Origin: Nitrososphaeraceae archaeon
GTDB lineage: Archaea; Thermoproteota; Nitrososphaeria; Nitrososphaerales; Nitrososphaeraceae
Direction: 5' to 3'
Assembly (NCBI GenBank): GCA_035297365.1
Contig: DATGZA010000035.1
Location: 1-26,260, forward strand
Length of the DNA: 26,260 nt
Under the pieces are notes generated by a model. It did no database searches. It had not been told where the DNA came from and saw only the letters and a list, made by a program, of their open reading frames with translations. Both the position numbers and the translations under genes were made by a program. Positions 1 to 9,986 of the stretch are shown in pieces. Every line of letters starts with the position of its first letter. The first letter of the stretch is position 1.

Positions 1-1
1 A

Positions 2-166
2 AATAGTAATAATAAAAATAAGACTAATAATGACATAAAATCAAATAGTAATATTATCCTAAAGAAGGCAGGTTTGTCAAAAATTAGAATAACTTCTACT
101 GTACCTACTTTGCAGGGAGAATTAAGATGGTTACTTACACCGAGAGTATTAAAGAGTATCATCTAG
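2..166 (+). CDS. sixA: 3' end of a SixA-like phosphohistidine phosphatase (5'-truncated by the window edge)
   Basis: Frame 2 is open from base 2 to TAG at 164-166 and reads ...NIILKKAGLSKIRITSTVPTLQGELRWLLTPRVLKSII*, matching the SixA C-terminal pattern LKKAG...G.L.WLLTP. It lies directly upstream of ppx and is absent from the ORF track. Confidence 0.75.
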   Translation, partial: NSNNKNKTNNDIKSNSNIILKKAGLSKIRITSTVPTLQGELRWLLTPRVLKSII

Positions 167-183
167 ATAAGACCATAAACAAA

Positions 184-1761
184 ATGACTTATGGAAAACT
201 TTCATTCCGTAAAGTATCGGTAATAGATTTGGGATATAATTCTCTAAAATTAGTTCATTATATTATATCTCCTAATAAATGTTATAAAAAATACTATGAG
301 AAAACTATTAGGGTGAAACTTGGAGAAGGTCTAAACAAAACAGGATTCTTGCGAACAGAGGCTATCGATAGAACTATTCAATCTCTAAAATATTTTCGTG
401 ATATTATTAATTCTGAATCTATTGAATTTACAATACCATTTGCTACTAGCGCAGTACGTGAAGCGGAAAATAAGAAATTGTTTCTGAAAAAAGTGGAAGA
501 AGAAACAGGATTTAAATTCAAATTATTATCAGCTAATGAAGAAGCTGCATATTCATATCTTGGTGCATTGAACTCACTATGTTTTTCAAATTGCTTATTT
601 TTTGATCTGGGAGGAGGAACTATAGAACTAGTAAGTTCTAGAGATTACAGAATAAGGAGAGTAATGTCTCTTCCCTTAGGAGCATTGAAGCTAACCCAGA
701 AATTTTTTTCAAACAATGAAGATAACAAAACTTCTATTAGTAAAAAACCTAAAATTATTTACAATATTTTAGGAGAACATATTATGAATCAATTACCAGA
801 TTCAAAAGAATTAGAAATCAATAGCGAATCTACTGCACTAATAGGTGTTGGGGGGACTCTAAGAGCGATTGCAAGATATGATCAATTGATCAAAGAATAT
901 CCAATCACAAGGTTACATAACTACAAACTAGATTTCCGTTCCGTATCCACCATCAAAGATCATCTATCTAATATGAATAAAGAAGAGTTATCTAAGATAG
1001 ATGTAATAGGTGCAAATAGAGCAGAAATAATCAAGGCGGGATTATATGTAATCTACTTCCTTATGTCAAAATTGGGTTTTAAGAGTATTATTGTTAGTAC
1101 AAAAGGATTACGAGAAGGAGTGCTCTTAAATTTTCTTGAATCCTGTCATTTAGATAATAGAACTGATTTGGACAATTATCTACTAAATAACTGTTACAAA
1201 AAAGACAAATCCAATTCAAGTTTAGCAAAGAAATTCTTATCAAATGGAATTATAACAAAAAATGAATACACTATTATTAATCAATCAATATTATATATGT
1301 CCAAGATTCTGACTAATGATAATATTGGTCAATTTTATATTCTCCTCAATGAGGATATCGTGAATCTGGATCATCATCAACATGTTATATTAGCATTATC
1401 AGTTCTGGCAATAAATAAGCCAAAAATAGCTCTTGAACTATCTGAAAATTACAGAAAGCTATTATATTATTATTATGATAAAAAAAAGATCAAAAACATT
1501 ATCGAAAGAATATCAACTTTCTTACGATTTTTAAATTTTGTGAAAAATAACAAATTAATAATTCAAATCAAAGAATATACAAAAATAACAAACAAGCTTT
1601 TACTGGAAATCGTAGTACAAGGTGATAAAAATAAAGAAATCTTTTCCTTTCCAGAAATTTTATTTAAAGAGATAATATCAGATTTTAAGTCTTCATTTGA
1701 TCTTTCAATACAATATACAATATTCGTCCAAGACAACAAAAGGAGTACAGATAGTAAATGA
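184..1761 (+). CDS. ppx: Ppx/GppA family exopolyphosphatase
   Basis: ASKHA motifs VIDLGYNS, FATSAVREA, EEAAYSYLG, FDLGGGTIE, GVGGTLRA, GLREGV. Start moved from 127 to ATG at 184 because 127 lies inside the upstream sixA. The C-terminal region is divergent with no clear HD motif. Confidence 0.93.
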   Translation: MTYGKLSFRKVSVIDLGYNSLKLVHYIISPNKCYKKYYEKTIRVKLGEGLNKTGFLRTEAIDRTIQSLKYFRDIINSESIEFTIPFATSAVREAENKKLFLKKVEEETGFKFKLLSANEEAAYSYLGALNSLCFSNCLFFDLGGGTIELVSSRDYRIRRVMSLPLGALKLTQKFFSNNEDNKTSISKKPKIIYNILGEHIMNQLPDSKELEINSESTALIGVGGTLRAIARYDQLIKEYPITRLHNYKLDFRSVSTIKDHLSNMNKEELSKIDVIGANRAEIIKAGLYVIYFLMSKLGFKSIIVSTKGLREGVLLNFLESCHLDNRTDLDNYLLNNCYKKDKSNSSLAKKFLSNGIITKNEYTIINQSILYMSKILTNDNIGQFYILLNEDIVNLDHHQHVILALSVLAINKPKIALELSENYRKLLYYYYDKKKIKNIIERISTFLRFLNFVKNNKLIIQIKEYTKITNKLLLEIVVQGDKNKEIFSFPEILFKEIISDFKSSFDLSIQYTIFVQDNKRSTDSK

Positions 1762-2477
1762 CGCAGATAAAAATAAGAAAAACTAGTAATATTACAACTA
1801 GTAAGACAACTAAAAAAGATAAGTATAGTATAAAAGGTAAATTAATTATAGTTGAAGGAATTGATGGATCAGGAAAATCAACACAAATTCATCTTCTTGA
1901 TAAATGGCTTAAATTTAAGAATATACCGGCTTTTTTATCAGAGTGGAATTCATCTGAAATTGTAAAAAATGTAACCTCTAGAGGTAAGAAAAAAGAACAA
2001 CTTACACCTACAACATTTTCGTTACTCCACGCAACTGATTTTGCAGATCGGTACGAAAGGAATATTTTTCCATTATTAAGAGCTGGTTACATAGTATTGG
2101 CAGATAGATATATCTATACAGCATATGCACGAGATATAGTAAGAGGATGTGATCCCCTATGGATCAGAAAAGTATATGATTTTGCTTTAAAACCTGATAT
2201 CACATTTTATTTCAGAGTTCCGGTGGATGTAGCTGCAGGACGAATATTATCTGGAAGACCCAAGCTAAAATATTACGAGGCTGGAATGGATCTAAATTTA
2301 AGTAATGATATTTATGAAAGTTATCGTATTTTTCAAAGTAGAATAATAGAACAATATGAGAAAATGGTCATGACTGAAACTTTCGCTGTTATAGATGGGA
2401 CACTAAATATAGAACAACAACAAAAAATGGTTAGAGAAAAATTTAACAATATTTTTCCGAGAGATATGTTAAAATGA
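1758..2477 (+). CDS. Thymidylate-kinase-like protein A (probable subunit of a heteromeric polyphosphate kinase)
   Basis: P-loop EGIDGSGKST, ADRY motif and KPD.TFY. ATGA overlap with the ppx stop. Confidence 0.88.
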   Translation: MTQIKIRKTSNITTSKTTKKDKYSIKGKLIIVEGIDGSGKSTQIHLLDKWLKFKNIPAFLSEWNSSEIVKNVTSRGKKKEQLTPTTFSLLHATDFADRYERNIFPLLRAGYIVLADRYIYTAYARDIVRGCDPLWIRKVYDFALKPDITFYFRVPVDVAAGRILSGRPKLKYYEAGMDLNLSNDIYESYRIFQSRIIEQYEKMVMTETFAVIDGTLNIEQQQKMVREKFNNIFPRDMLK

Positions 2478-3253
2478 GTAATTCAAATAAGATGAAAAAA
2501 ATGGAAAAATCTAATATTATTAAATATTATGGACATGGAATTCCTTATTTGAAGAATATAGAATTAAAAGGTAAATTGATCATATTAGAAGGACCAGATT
2601 CATCCGGAAGAAGTACACAAATCTTATTATTAAATAATTATCTTGAAGCAAATGGTCACGCAGTTCTTAATACAGGCCTCAGAAGATCTGAGCTAATAAG
2701 TGAAGGAATACTGGAGGCAAAAGAAAGACATTTATTAAGAAAAAGGACCATGAGTTTATTTTATGCTGCAGATTTTGCAGACCAACTCGAGAACAAAATA
2801 ATCCCAGCTTTGAGAGCAGGGTATATAGTATTAGCAGATAGGTATATTTACACACTTATGGCTAGGGATACTGTAAGAAAAATTAATAGAATATGGTCAT
2901 ATAATTTATATGGTTTTGCAATTAAACCCGATCTTGTTTTTTATTTAGATGTAGATCCAAATGAACTTATACGAAGGGCTTTTCAAAAATCTACAGAGGA
3001 ACTCCTGAAAGGAATTTTTGATAAAGATAATTTTCTTGATTATTATGAATCTGGAGAAGATATGGGGTTTTCGGATGATCTTTTAGAATCTTTTATTCTT
3101 TATCAAAAGAAAATGAAGCAAGAATTTACTAGATTACAAAAAAAATATGGAATTATTAAAATTAACGGAAATAGAACAGTAGAAGAAGTGCATAACGAGT
3201 TAAAACAAAAAATAGATCAATTTTTAAAAGTTCCATTCAATAATTCAAAATAA
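2474..3253 (+). CDS. Thymidylate-kinase-like protein B with variant P-loop (probable partner subunit)
   Basis: P-loop EGPDSSGRST (Arg in place of Lys). Shares PALRAGYIVLADRYIYT and YYESG.D.G with paralog A. ATGA overlap with the paralog A stop. Confidence 0.86.
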   Translation: MSNSNKMKKMEKSNIIKYYGHGIPYLKNIELKGKLIILEGPDSSGRSTQILLLNNYLEANGHAVLNTGLRRSELISEGILEAKERHLLRKRTMSLFYAADFADQLENKIIPALRAGYIVLADRYIYTLMARDTVRKINRIWSYNLYGFAIKPDLVFYLDVDPNELIRRAFQKSTEELLKGIFDKDNFLDYYESGEDMGFSDDLLESFILYQKKMKQEFTRLQKKYGIIKINGNRTVEEVHNELKQKIDQFLKVPFNNSK

Positions 3254-3427
3254 TAAAATTAAATTTCTCCCGTTTTATATTAACCGACCTATTGTGTAGT
3301 ATTATAATCTTATAACAACATTATTCTCAGAATCTCAAAGAAACTGGTCTGCATATCGTGAATCCCTCATAGAATGTCGTAATATACTGATGGAAATTTA
3401 AATTATCAAGAATAATCTACCAAGGAC

Positions 3428-3449
3428 CTCATACCGATTTTCGTATGAG
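3428..3449. terminator. Small stem-loop between convergent genes
   Basis: CTCATAC-cgattttc-GTATGAG, a 7-bp perfect stem between the convergent 3' ends at 3253 and 3489. Terminator function is inferred only. Confidence 0.3.
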
Positions 3450-3488
3450 ATCCATGTCTTGCCAAATATAGTGTTATCAATAATAAGA

Positions 3489-3917
3489 TTATTTCTTCAT
3501 TTGTTTATTCTTCTGCTTCTCCTCTTTCTTCATTTGTTTATTCTTCTGCTTCTCCTCTTTCTTTTTATTATTATATTTTGATGTATTTATTGTATCTATA
3601 TCACCACCAATTTTTTTTACATATGATTGTAGTTGAGAGATTTGAGATTTGATCTGTCCCAGTGATTGTAATTCCCTTTTGTGATTAGGATTGCTAGTTG
3701 ATTTAACGGCATTTTTCACATCCAGCAAAATTTTTTCTAGTTTTGAATAATGATCATTTTCATCTTGTAATTTTTTTAGAATTGTTTTCTGCGTATTAGT
3801 ATTAATTTTTAGTTGATCGTGCATATTTTTCAAGTCAAGAATATGTTCAAAATCTAGTGGTTTTTCATTTGTACCAATTTCAACTTCGGGTATATTTAGA
3901 TTTTTTATATTTGACAA
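3489..3917 (-). CDS. Hypothetical Lys/Gln-rich coiled-coil protein
   Basis: 142-aa ORF with a TTG start, heptad-like helical middle and a basic repetitive tail. Confidence 0.6.
   Translation of the reverse strand: MSNIKNLNIPEVEIGTNEKPLDFEHILDLKNMHDQLKINTNTQKTILKKLQDENDHYSKLEKILLDVKNAVKSTSNPNHKRELQSLGQIKSQISQLQSYVKKIGGDIDTINTSKYNNKKKEEKQKNKQMKKEEKQKNKQMKK
3492..3563. repeat. Perfect 33-bp tandem duplication (2 copies plus 6 nt)
   Basis: tttcttcatttgtttattcttctgcttctcctc at 3492-3524 and 3525-3557, encoding the 11-aa repeat in KKEEKQKNKQM-KKEEKQKNKQM-KK on the minus strand. Confidence 0.95.
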
Positions 3918-4574
3918 TATATTTTATTTAAACTACTAGTATTTATTGTTTATATTACTATAGACAACATATAGATATCTTAATGACTCTATTGATCCGA
4001 TATATTATGCATAGTCAATATTTCAATAAGATTTTCAGTTGGATAGTAGTGAGCGAGGATTACTAAAATAAGTGACCTTAACGACGAATTCTAATATCAA
4101 CGATCAATATTCCAATAAATCCTATGTTTGTCATCTTTTTTCGAGTCTGGTAGCAGTATATTATTCTTTTTACAATAAAAAAATCGTTTCATAAAGATAC
4201 ACAAATAACTACAATGGTTTGACAATACTAGGAATATAATAACTCAAATGAAACATATAGATTGTTCAATAATTATTTTTGAATTAAGAACATACAATCA
4301 ATTCCTGACATGCTAATATGATTTTATGGATTCGAGCAGTCACATGCGATTAAAGGTTGAAATCGATATCGATATTCAAACAGATCTTGTAGAGAACAAT
4401 AATCGACTTATCATAATTTAAGATGGAATAATAAAGTGTATCTGGAAGGGACTGTATGAAGAGTATGTTTCATTTCAGATAAAGAAATTTCACTTCCATG
4501 TGATTGGACAATATGAATGATATGCAGATAATAAAAAAATAGTACCTGACTTTGGAGAGAATTGAGCAGTTTTA

Positions 4575-4850
4575 TGATTGCAATCACAAGACCAATTTAT
4601 AGAACGTTGTGAAAGAAATAGAACAAACATCTGCAGATTCTGCACATATTAGGGGGAGAGAAAGATTGTTGGGCTTACAGGCATAAGTGACATAACACTA
4701 GTGGGAGCCGAAAAATATTTAGAACATTAGAAGTGGAGTAAGATCGGATAAATACCGTTCAACTATCTATTTAGATGAATATACTCGAAAGTATTTCCTG
4801 TTATAAATAAAGATAAACTAGTTGAGCTAATTACAGTTACCATAGACTGA
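4575..4850 (+). pseudogene. Decayed CBS-domain protein remnant
   Basis: KIVGLTGISDI (from 4662) and FPVINKDKLVELITVTID* (4794-4850) are in the same frame, separated by three stop codons. Both resemble the CBS signature [LF]PV...GKLVGIIT..DI. The 5' boundary is approximate. Confidence 0.55.
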
Positions 4851-5595
4851 CAAATTGGCAGCTCCCTAACAACAAGTCGTTAATTTCCGGAAAGAAGAAA
4901 GTGACATTTTTTTCCCTCTTTCTACTCCGGAATTATTGAAAATTCTAATTTTATATTCTAAATATGGATAAAGGATCTAATAGATTAATTATTTAGCACA
5001 AAGAGAAATAAAGAAAACGTATAGGATTTCTTTCATAATCAAATTATCTACATCTTCGCTAGAAATGAACAAATCCATACCTCAAGAGATTTTAATGCAT
5101 GATTAGAGACAATTTTCTAAGGTATTTTCAAGGTAGAATTTGATGTATTCTGTACAAAAAATCCAATAAAACACATCATGGATAAAATTAAAAAACGTTA
5201 ATTTTCAAAATGACAGAATGAATCTGTCAGACTATAATACGGAAAGACTTCAATCTAAAAATATGGAAAGTTTATCAAGAGTATTTTTTGAATGTAATTG
5301 TACTTTTTTCATGAAACTACTTCTCAAAAATAGGTGTGTAGTAGGCGTAAGACTATAATGTCATAAAACATTTTTTTATTGTATCTCTCTTAGAAGCTTT
5401 AAAAAACTCGGATCAATTGCAAATTAAGAATGTCGATAAAATCCATCAGAACCAATTCTTGCATTTTTTGTATTATTATCCAAATCCTAAATTGGACAGT
5501 CAAATTTTATTAACATCAATTATTTGCTACTTACGTTTTTTTTACATAAGATAAAGGTTTAAGAATTATTATAAATTAAGATGATTTGTCTGCAA

Positions 5596-6096
5596 ATGAA
5601 AAAACTCTTACTTTTACGTCATGGCAAATCCGGCTGGGATAATCCTGATCTTGCAGATCATGAAAGACCGCTTACCAATCGAGGAAAAGAAAGTGCATCT
5701 ATTATAGGAAAATTTTTAAAAAAAGAAAATCTAATTCCTGATCTAATTATTACTTCCACTGCAAAAAGGGCAAATAAGACTGCTGATATAATTGCCAAAA
5801 AATCTGGCTATGATAAAAAGATTCTTAAATCAGAAGCATTGTACAATGGTTCTACAGAAGATTATACAAACATTATTCATGAAATTGCTGATAAAAATAA
5901 AACAATCCTCTTAGTTGGACATAATCCGGTGATAGAAGAAGTAATAGAAAGAATTACTGCCGAAAAAAGGATCATGAAAACATGTTCCTTAGCACATATT
6001 GATTTGTCCATCGAATCTTGGAAAAATTTTCATTATAGGAAAAAATATAAACTCGTTGATTTGATCAACGTAAGAGAATTAGATATAGATGGATAA
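5596..6096 (+). CDS. sixA: SixA-like histidine phosphatase
   Basis: LLLLRHGKS catalytic motif, RPLT.RG, ITSTAKRA..TA and LLVGHNP. Likely start is ATG 5596 (the track starts at 5581). Confidence 0.9.
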   Translation: MKKLLLLRHGKSGWDNPDLADHERPLTNRGKESASIIGKFLKKENLIPDLIITSTAKRANKTADIIAKKSGYDKKILKSEALYNGSTEDYTNIIHEIADKNKTILLVGHNPVIEEVIERITAEKRIMKTCSLAHIDLSIESWKNFHYRKKYKLVDLINVRELDIDG

Positions 6097-6839
6097 TAAG
6101 GTTCAAGTTTCTGCAATCATAAGAGATGGATTGAAAATGTCTTTTTATTTGGATGATTATTCTAGTAAATATTTAATCTCTTATTGCATCAACACATCAC
6201 CGTCTTAATAGGATCTTATCACTACAAAAGCCCCTTATCTTTTGACCATTCATTTAAATCATTGTTATACATGCCTAAATCCTCAAAGATTCATAAAAAA
6301 CATTCTACTTTTAAAATCAAGTATACTAAACTATATCTACTAACATATTCAGGTATTGTAGTAATAAATCATTATTATCATCTCCTGTAATAAATTCAAA
6401 TTAATACCTTTAAAAAAAGCAACTATTGAATGGCAAATTAAATCATGGTTTGTATTATAGGGAAGAATCTGATAATTCTTCTGATGACATTATTACAGGG
6501 AGATTAGACCATTCTGAGACGAAAGAAGTTGTTACTGAAGAAACGGGTCCATTTATCCTTCAAATGCTACATGGAAATAGTTAAAAGAAGTTCAATATGA
6601 GGCATATCTAAAAAAATAAATCACTGGATCTTGACCGGCAAAACCCTCGCATCACTAATAGAAATTACAAATTCCCTAAGGTAATGTGATCATCCTACAG
6701 AAACGATAATTAAGGTTCTTGAAATATCGATTATAAACGTCTATGTTTCTAGTAGTTATGATAATTTTTGTCACAGCATTAATGAATACTCAAACCAGAC
6801 CAAATTAATTGTATGTTATTTATATATAAAAATTTCATA

Positions 6840-7136
6840 TCACCCACGTACCAATTTTTTCTTTACATTATAATATGATTCAATATTTTTTTCCATATAA
6901 TTGGAAATAAAATATAAAACTCCATACTTATCACCCATTTTAGTTATTAAATTATTTTTCTCTAAAACATGTATATGATGTTGAATTGTTTTATAATCTA
7001 GTTGTAATTCTTCGGAGATTTTATTGATATTTAAGGGTTTTTTGATCAATATGTCAAGAATTCTAATACGATTGTCACCTCCTCTTGTTCCAGCAAAAAG
7101 AAACCATAACAATCGTATTATATCCGGATCAGACAT
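6840..7136 (-). CDS. Archaeal ArsR-like winged-helix transcription regulator
   Basis: LWFLFAGTRGG..RIRIL, HTH NINKISEELQLDYKTIQHHIHVLEKNNLI and wing GDKYG.LYF. Confidence 0.88.
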   Translation of the reverse strand: MSDPDIIRLLWFLFAGTRGGDNRIRILDILIKKPLNINKISEELQLDYKTIQHHIHVLEKNNLITKMGDKYGVLYFISNYMEKNIESYYNVKKKLVRG

Positions 7137-7288
7137 CGAATATTATCAAAATAACTATGAGATGATAAAAAGCCTTTACTTCTAATACATCTTGATTTTT
7201 AAAATTAACGGTTTTAGTACAGGAGCTTTTGGACAGAAAAGAATTTTTTATAATATTTTTATACAATTTTTTATAATCTTTACATTAT

Positions 7289-7570
7289 TCAAAGAGTAAT
7301 CTTCAAAAGGCCAGCAACTCCTGCAAGCTCAGCTATATGAATCATTAAAAAAAATGGCAATAAACCTTCAGCATATAGTGGCGTCATAGCAAAATATGCG
7401 TAGACAACAATCAAATTTTGTATAACAAGCATACTTGCAAAAAACATTAAACCTATCGTGAATGTAGCCCTAGTTTTTAAATATATTTTTGTATACAGGT
7501 ATAATAAAACGCTCAGAATAATTATAGTTGCTATACTTAGGATAGCATTTATCTCCATTAGAGTTTCCAT
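7289..7570 (-). CDS. Small membrane protein (about 3 TM helices)
   Basis: Three hydrophobic segments, the RATFTIGLMFFA motif and a His in the last TM (IHIAELAG). Starts 20 nt after the redoxin stop. Confidence 0.8.
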   Translation of the reverse strand: METLMEINAILSIATIIILSVLLYLYTKIYLKTRATFTIGLMFFASMLVIQNLIVVYAYFAMTPLYAEGLLPFFLMIHIAELAGVAGLLKITL

Positions 7571-7590
7571 ATTGATAACCTTCTTATCAT

Positions 7591-8751
7591 TTAACCAAAT
7601 GTAAATGTGTAGATTTGAAATCCTGGTCCTTTAACATCAATTTCTATTGTATGTTCTCCATAGTTTTTGTTTGTTACTAAATTATACAACCTCTGTCCAT
7701 CTACCACAAATTTGCCACGGCTATCTGAATCTTTGCTTAAATCATTTGTAATCAGTTTTCCATCTTGTATTACTGTAAAGTTCCCTTTTGCACCTGCTAC
7801 TATGTTTACAGATTTTGAATTGTATTTTAATAATATACTTCCGTTATTGCTCTGTAATTCCATGTGATCCGGATTATTTTTCCATTTTCCTTCTAGATAT
7901 ATCATATTAGGTTTAATTTCAGAATTTTCTGGTAGATTATAAAAAAGACTCTGGTTGGGTTTAAAACCTTCTGTATTGCCTAAAGATGCTCTTGCGAATT
8001 CATATCCAAAGTAAAGCTCTGGAGATTTTATTTTTGAAAAATTAACGTCCTGAGATTCTAACTTCGAACCACTGTCAACATTTTGAGAAATATTAAGATT
8101 TATGTTTTTTATTCCTAAATGTCCTGCTCTTTCGGTCAAAAGACCTTGAATTACTTTTTCAGTTTCATTGTAGGCTCCTTCTCCTATGTGATCATATCTT
8201 ATATATCCTTCATCATCTACCAAATATTTTCTTGGCCAGTATCTATTATCATATTCATTCCATGTCTCTTTATCATTGTCCTGTAAAACTGGATATTTTA
8301 TTCCGAATTTTTGAACTGCCGATTTAACATTTTCACTATTTTTTTCAAATTCAAATTCAGGAGTGTGTATACCCACTATGACTAATCCTTTATCAGAATA
8401 TTTATCATACCATTCATTAAGATATGGAATGGTTCTTATACAATTAATACAACTATAGGTCCAAAAGTCTACTAGAACAACTTTATCTCTCAGATCATCA
8501 AGGGATATTGGTTTTGTATTAATATATTCTGAAATTTTAGAAAAATCTTTGGCTTTTTTGAATTGTGATTTGTCAATTTGGATCATTTTTCCATCCTTAT
8601 CATTTTGTGACGTTAAATCTACATATTCAGCAGAAGTAGATTTTTTGGTAGAAATACTTGCTTCTTGAGTATTGAAATAAATTGCAAATCCAGCTATCAC
8701 AGATACTACCGTAATTGCCATAACAACTGCACTGATATTATCTCTATTCAT
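7591..8751 (-). CDS. Membrane-anchored DipZ-type redoxin (TlpA-like thioredoxin plus C-terminal DipZ domain)
   Basis: N-terminal TM anchor, DFWTYSCINC active site, GIHTPEF, NRYWP, HIGEGAY and C-terminal YTFTFG. Confidence 0.92.
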   Translation of the reverse strand: MNRDNISAVVMAITVVSVIAGFAIYFNTQEASISTKKSTSAEYVDLTSQNDKDGKMIQIDKSQFKKAKDFSKISEYINTKPISLDDLRDKVVLVDFWTYSCINCIRTIPYLNEWYDKYSDKGLVIVGIHTPEFEFEKNSENVKSAVQKFGIKYPVLQDNDKETWNEYDNRYWPRKYLVDDEGYIRYDHIGEGAYNETEKVIQGLLTERAGHLGIKNINLNISQNVDSGSKLESQDVNFSKIKSPELYFGYEFARASLGNTEGFKPNQSLFYNLPENSEIKPNMIYLEGKWKNNPDHMELQSNNGSILLKYNSKSVNIVAGAKGNFTVIQDGKLITNDLSKDSDSRGKFVVDGQRLYNLVTNKNYGEHTIEIDVKGPGFQIYTFTFG

Positions 8752-8754
8752 AGA

Positions 8755-9570
8755 TCATATACCCCTTTCTAGATTGATGATTTCATTTGCAAGTGGAAAA
8801 TTACCCAGAATATTTAACTGATTTGTGAATATCAGTATTCCAAGAATTATTAAAAAGGTTCCCATTACAGGATTAAAATATTTCAAATACTTTGCCATCT
8901 TCTTTATCAATCCAGTTGCCGTTGAAAAAAAAGCAGCTGTTATCAAGAATGGAGTTCCTAGTCCCAATGAGTATGCTAATAGTAAGTTATATGCCTCTCC
9001 AGGAGATGTCGCTGCTAAAGTAAATGTACTTCCAAGAATTGGACCTACACATGGAGTCCAGCCTGCAGCAAAGGCAATCCCAAATACAAATGAAGTAATA
9101 TAACTTGTTTTAAATTTAGGAATCTTGGTGAATTTCCTCTCAAAGTTTAAGTTGTTTATCTTTGAAGATAGTATCAGAAATACTCCGAAAGATATAATCA
9201 CGATTCCACCAAATATTTGAAGAGTGTTTTGAAAAGTACTACCTATATTTACCAAAACACTGTTGAGAGCAACTCCTAAAAAGGCAAACACTACTGAAAA
9301 TCCTAGTACAAAATAAACTGTATTTAAGAATATATTAACTCTAGTAGATTTCTGTAGAGATATGCATTTTTTATTACTGTTGATAGCATTGATAGATGTC
9401 TCAATATTCTCATTATCAACAGAACTCTTTGTTTTATTTATGTTACTAATTTCATTAAGAGTTGAACCTGATAAATAGGAAATAAAAGCAGGTAGGATAG
9501 GTAAAATACAAGGAGAGAAGAATGATCCCATTCCAGCAATAGCCGAAACTACTATATTAATTTCTGCCAT
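8755..9570 (-). CDS. ccdA: CcdA/DsbD transmembrane electron transporter
   Basis: Two conserved PC motifs (FFSPCILP, GWTPCVGP), about 6 TM helices and a hydrophilic insertion after the first motif. Stop lies 3 nt before the redoxin start. Confidence 0.93.
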   Translation of the reverse strand: MAEINIVVSAIAGMGSFFSPCILPILPAFISYLSGSTLNEISNINKTKSSVDNENIETSINAINSNKKCISLQKSTRVNIFLNTVYFVLGFSVVFAFLGVALNSVLVNIGSTFQNTLQIFGGIVIISFGVFLILSSKINNLNFERKFTKIPKFKTSYITSFVFGIAFAAGWTPCVGPILGSTFTLAATSPGEAYNLLLAYSLGLGTPFLITAAFFSTATGLIKKMAKYLKYFNPVMGTFLIILGILIFTNQLNILGNFPLANEIINLERGI

Positions 9571-9589
9571 GTATAAAATTTAATAATTC

Positions 9590-9639
9590 TTAATAAAAAG
9601 GATATTCCCAAATTAGACCCACAATCTACCCAACTTGAT
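9590..9639 (-). promoter_or_regulatory. ccdA promoter: TATA box plus three 11-bp-phased direct repeats
   Basis: The minus strand reads CTTTTTATTAA at 9600-9590, 20-30 nt before the ATG. On the plus strand: cccaaattaga (9607), cccacaatcta (9618), cccaacttgat (9629). Confidence 0.65.
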
Positions 9640-9954
9640 ATAAATAGATCACGGAGTTTAATTTATAAATTGCAGGTTCAATGGCTGCTAAGGCTATAAA
9701 CAAGTTAAAAACCAATTATTAGTATTTATTAATCAAACAGAATATCCGAATTTTATCTATAATAGATTATTGTCCGAATACTATGAATAAATGACTGATA
9801 GAAATTATGATCATAAAGGAATGCATTATACGAATCCACAATTCTTCACAAACAAAATCTTTTATCATTACAATAAAAAGCCGTACTAATTATGAGAGAT
9901 ATTATTGCTAATAGGTTAACAAATTAGTTCGAATTCGCTCGATAAATCAAAATT

Positions 9955-9986
9955 AAAAAAAGGTTGGAGAAAGAAGAGAGGGAGTG
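9955..9986 (-). terminator. Pyrimidine-rich/oligo-T archaeal terminator
   Basis: After the stop, the minus strand reads cactccctctcttctttctccaacc followed by a T run. Confidence 0.5.

Noticed and set aside
127-183. Tracked N-terminal extension of ppx
   Set aside because: It overlaps the upstream sixA C-terminus in another frame. ATG 184 lies just before the first conserved motif.
6184-6390. 68-aa ORF (MHQHITV...)
   Set aside because: TTG start, no recognisable motif and a composition typical of random AT-rich DNA.
6426-6584. Short acidic open frame (LNGKLNHGLYYREESDNSSDD...)
   Set aside because: It could be a gene fragment, but there is no recognisable family or clear start signal.
7245-7278. 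Three TTTTTATA units at 11-12 bp spacing upstream of the wHTH gene
   Set aside because: Pure A/T sequence in a very AT-rich genome with uneven spacing, and it does not match the YCCA arrays.
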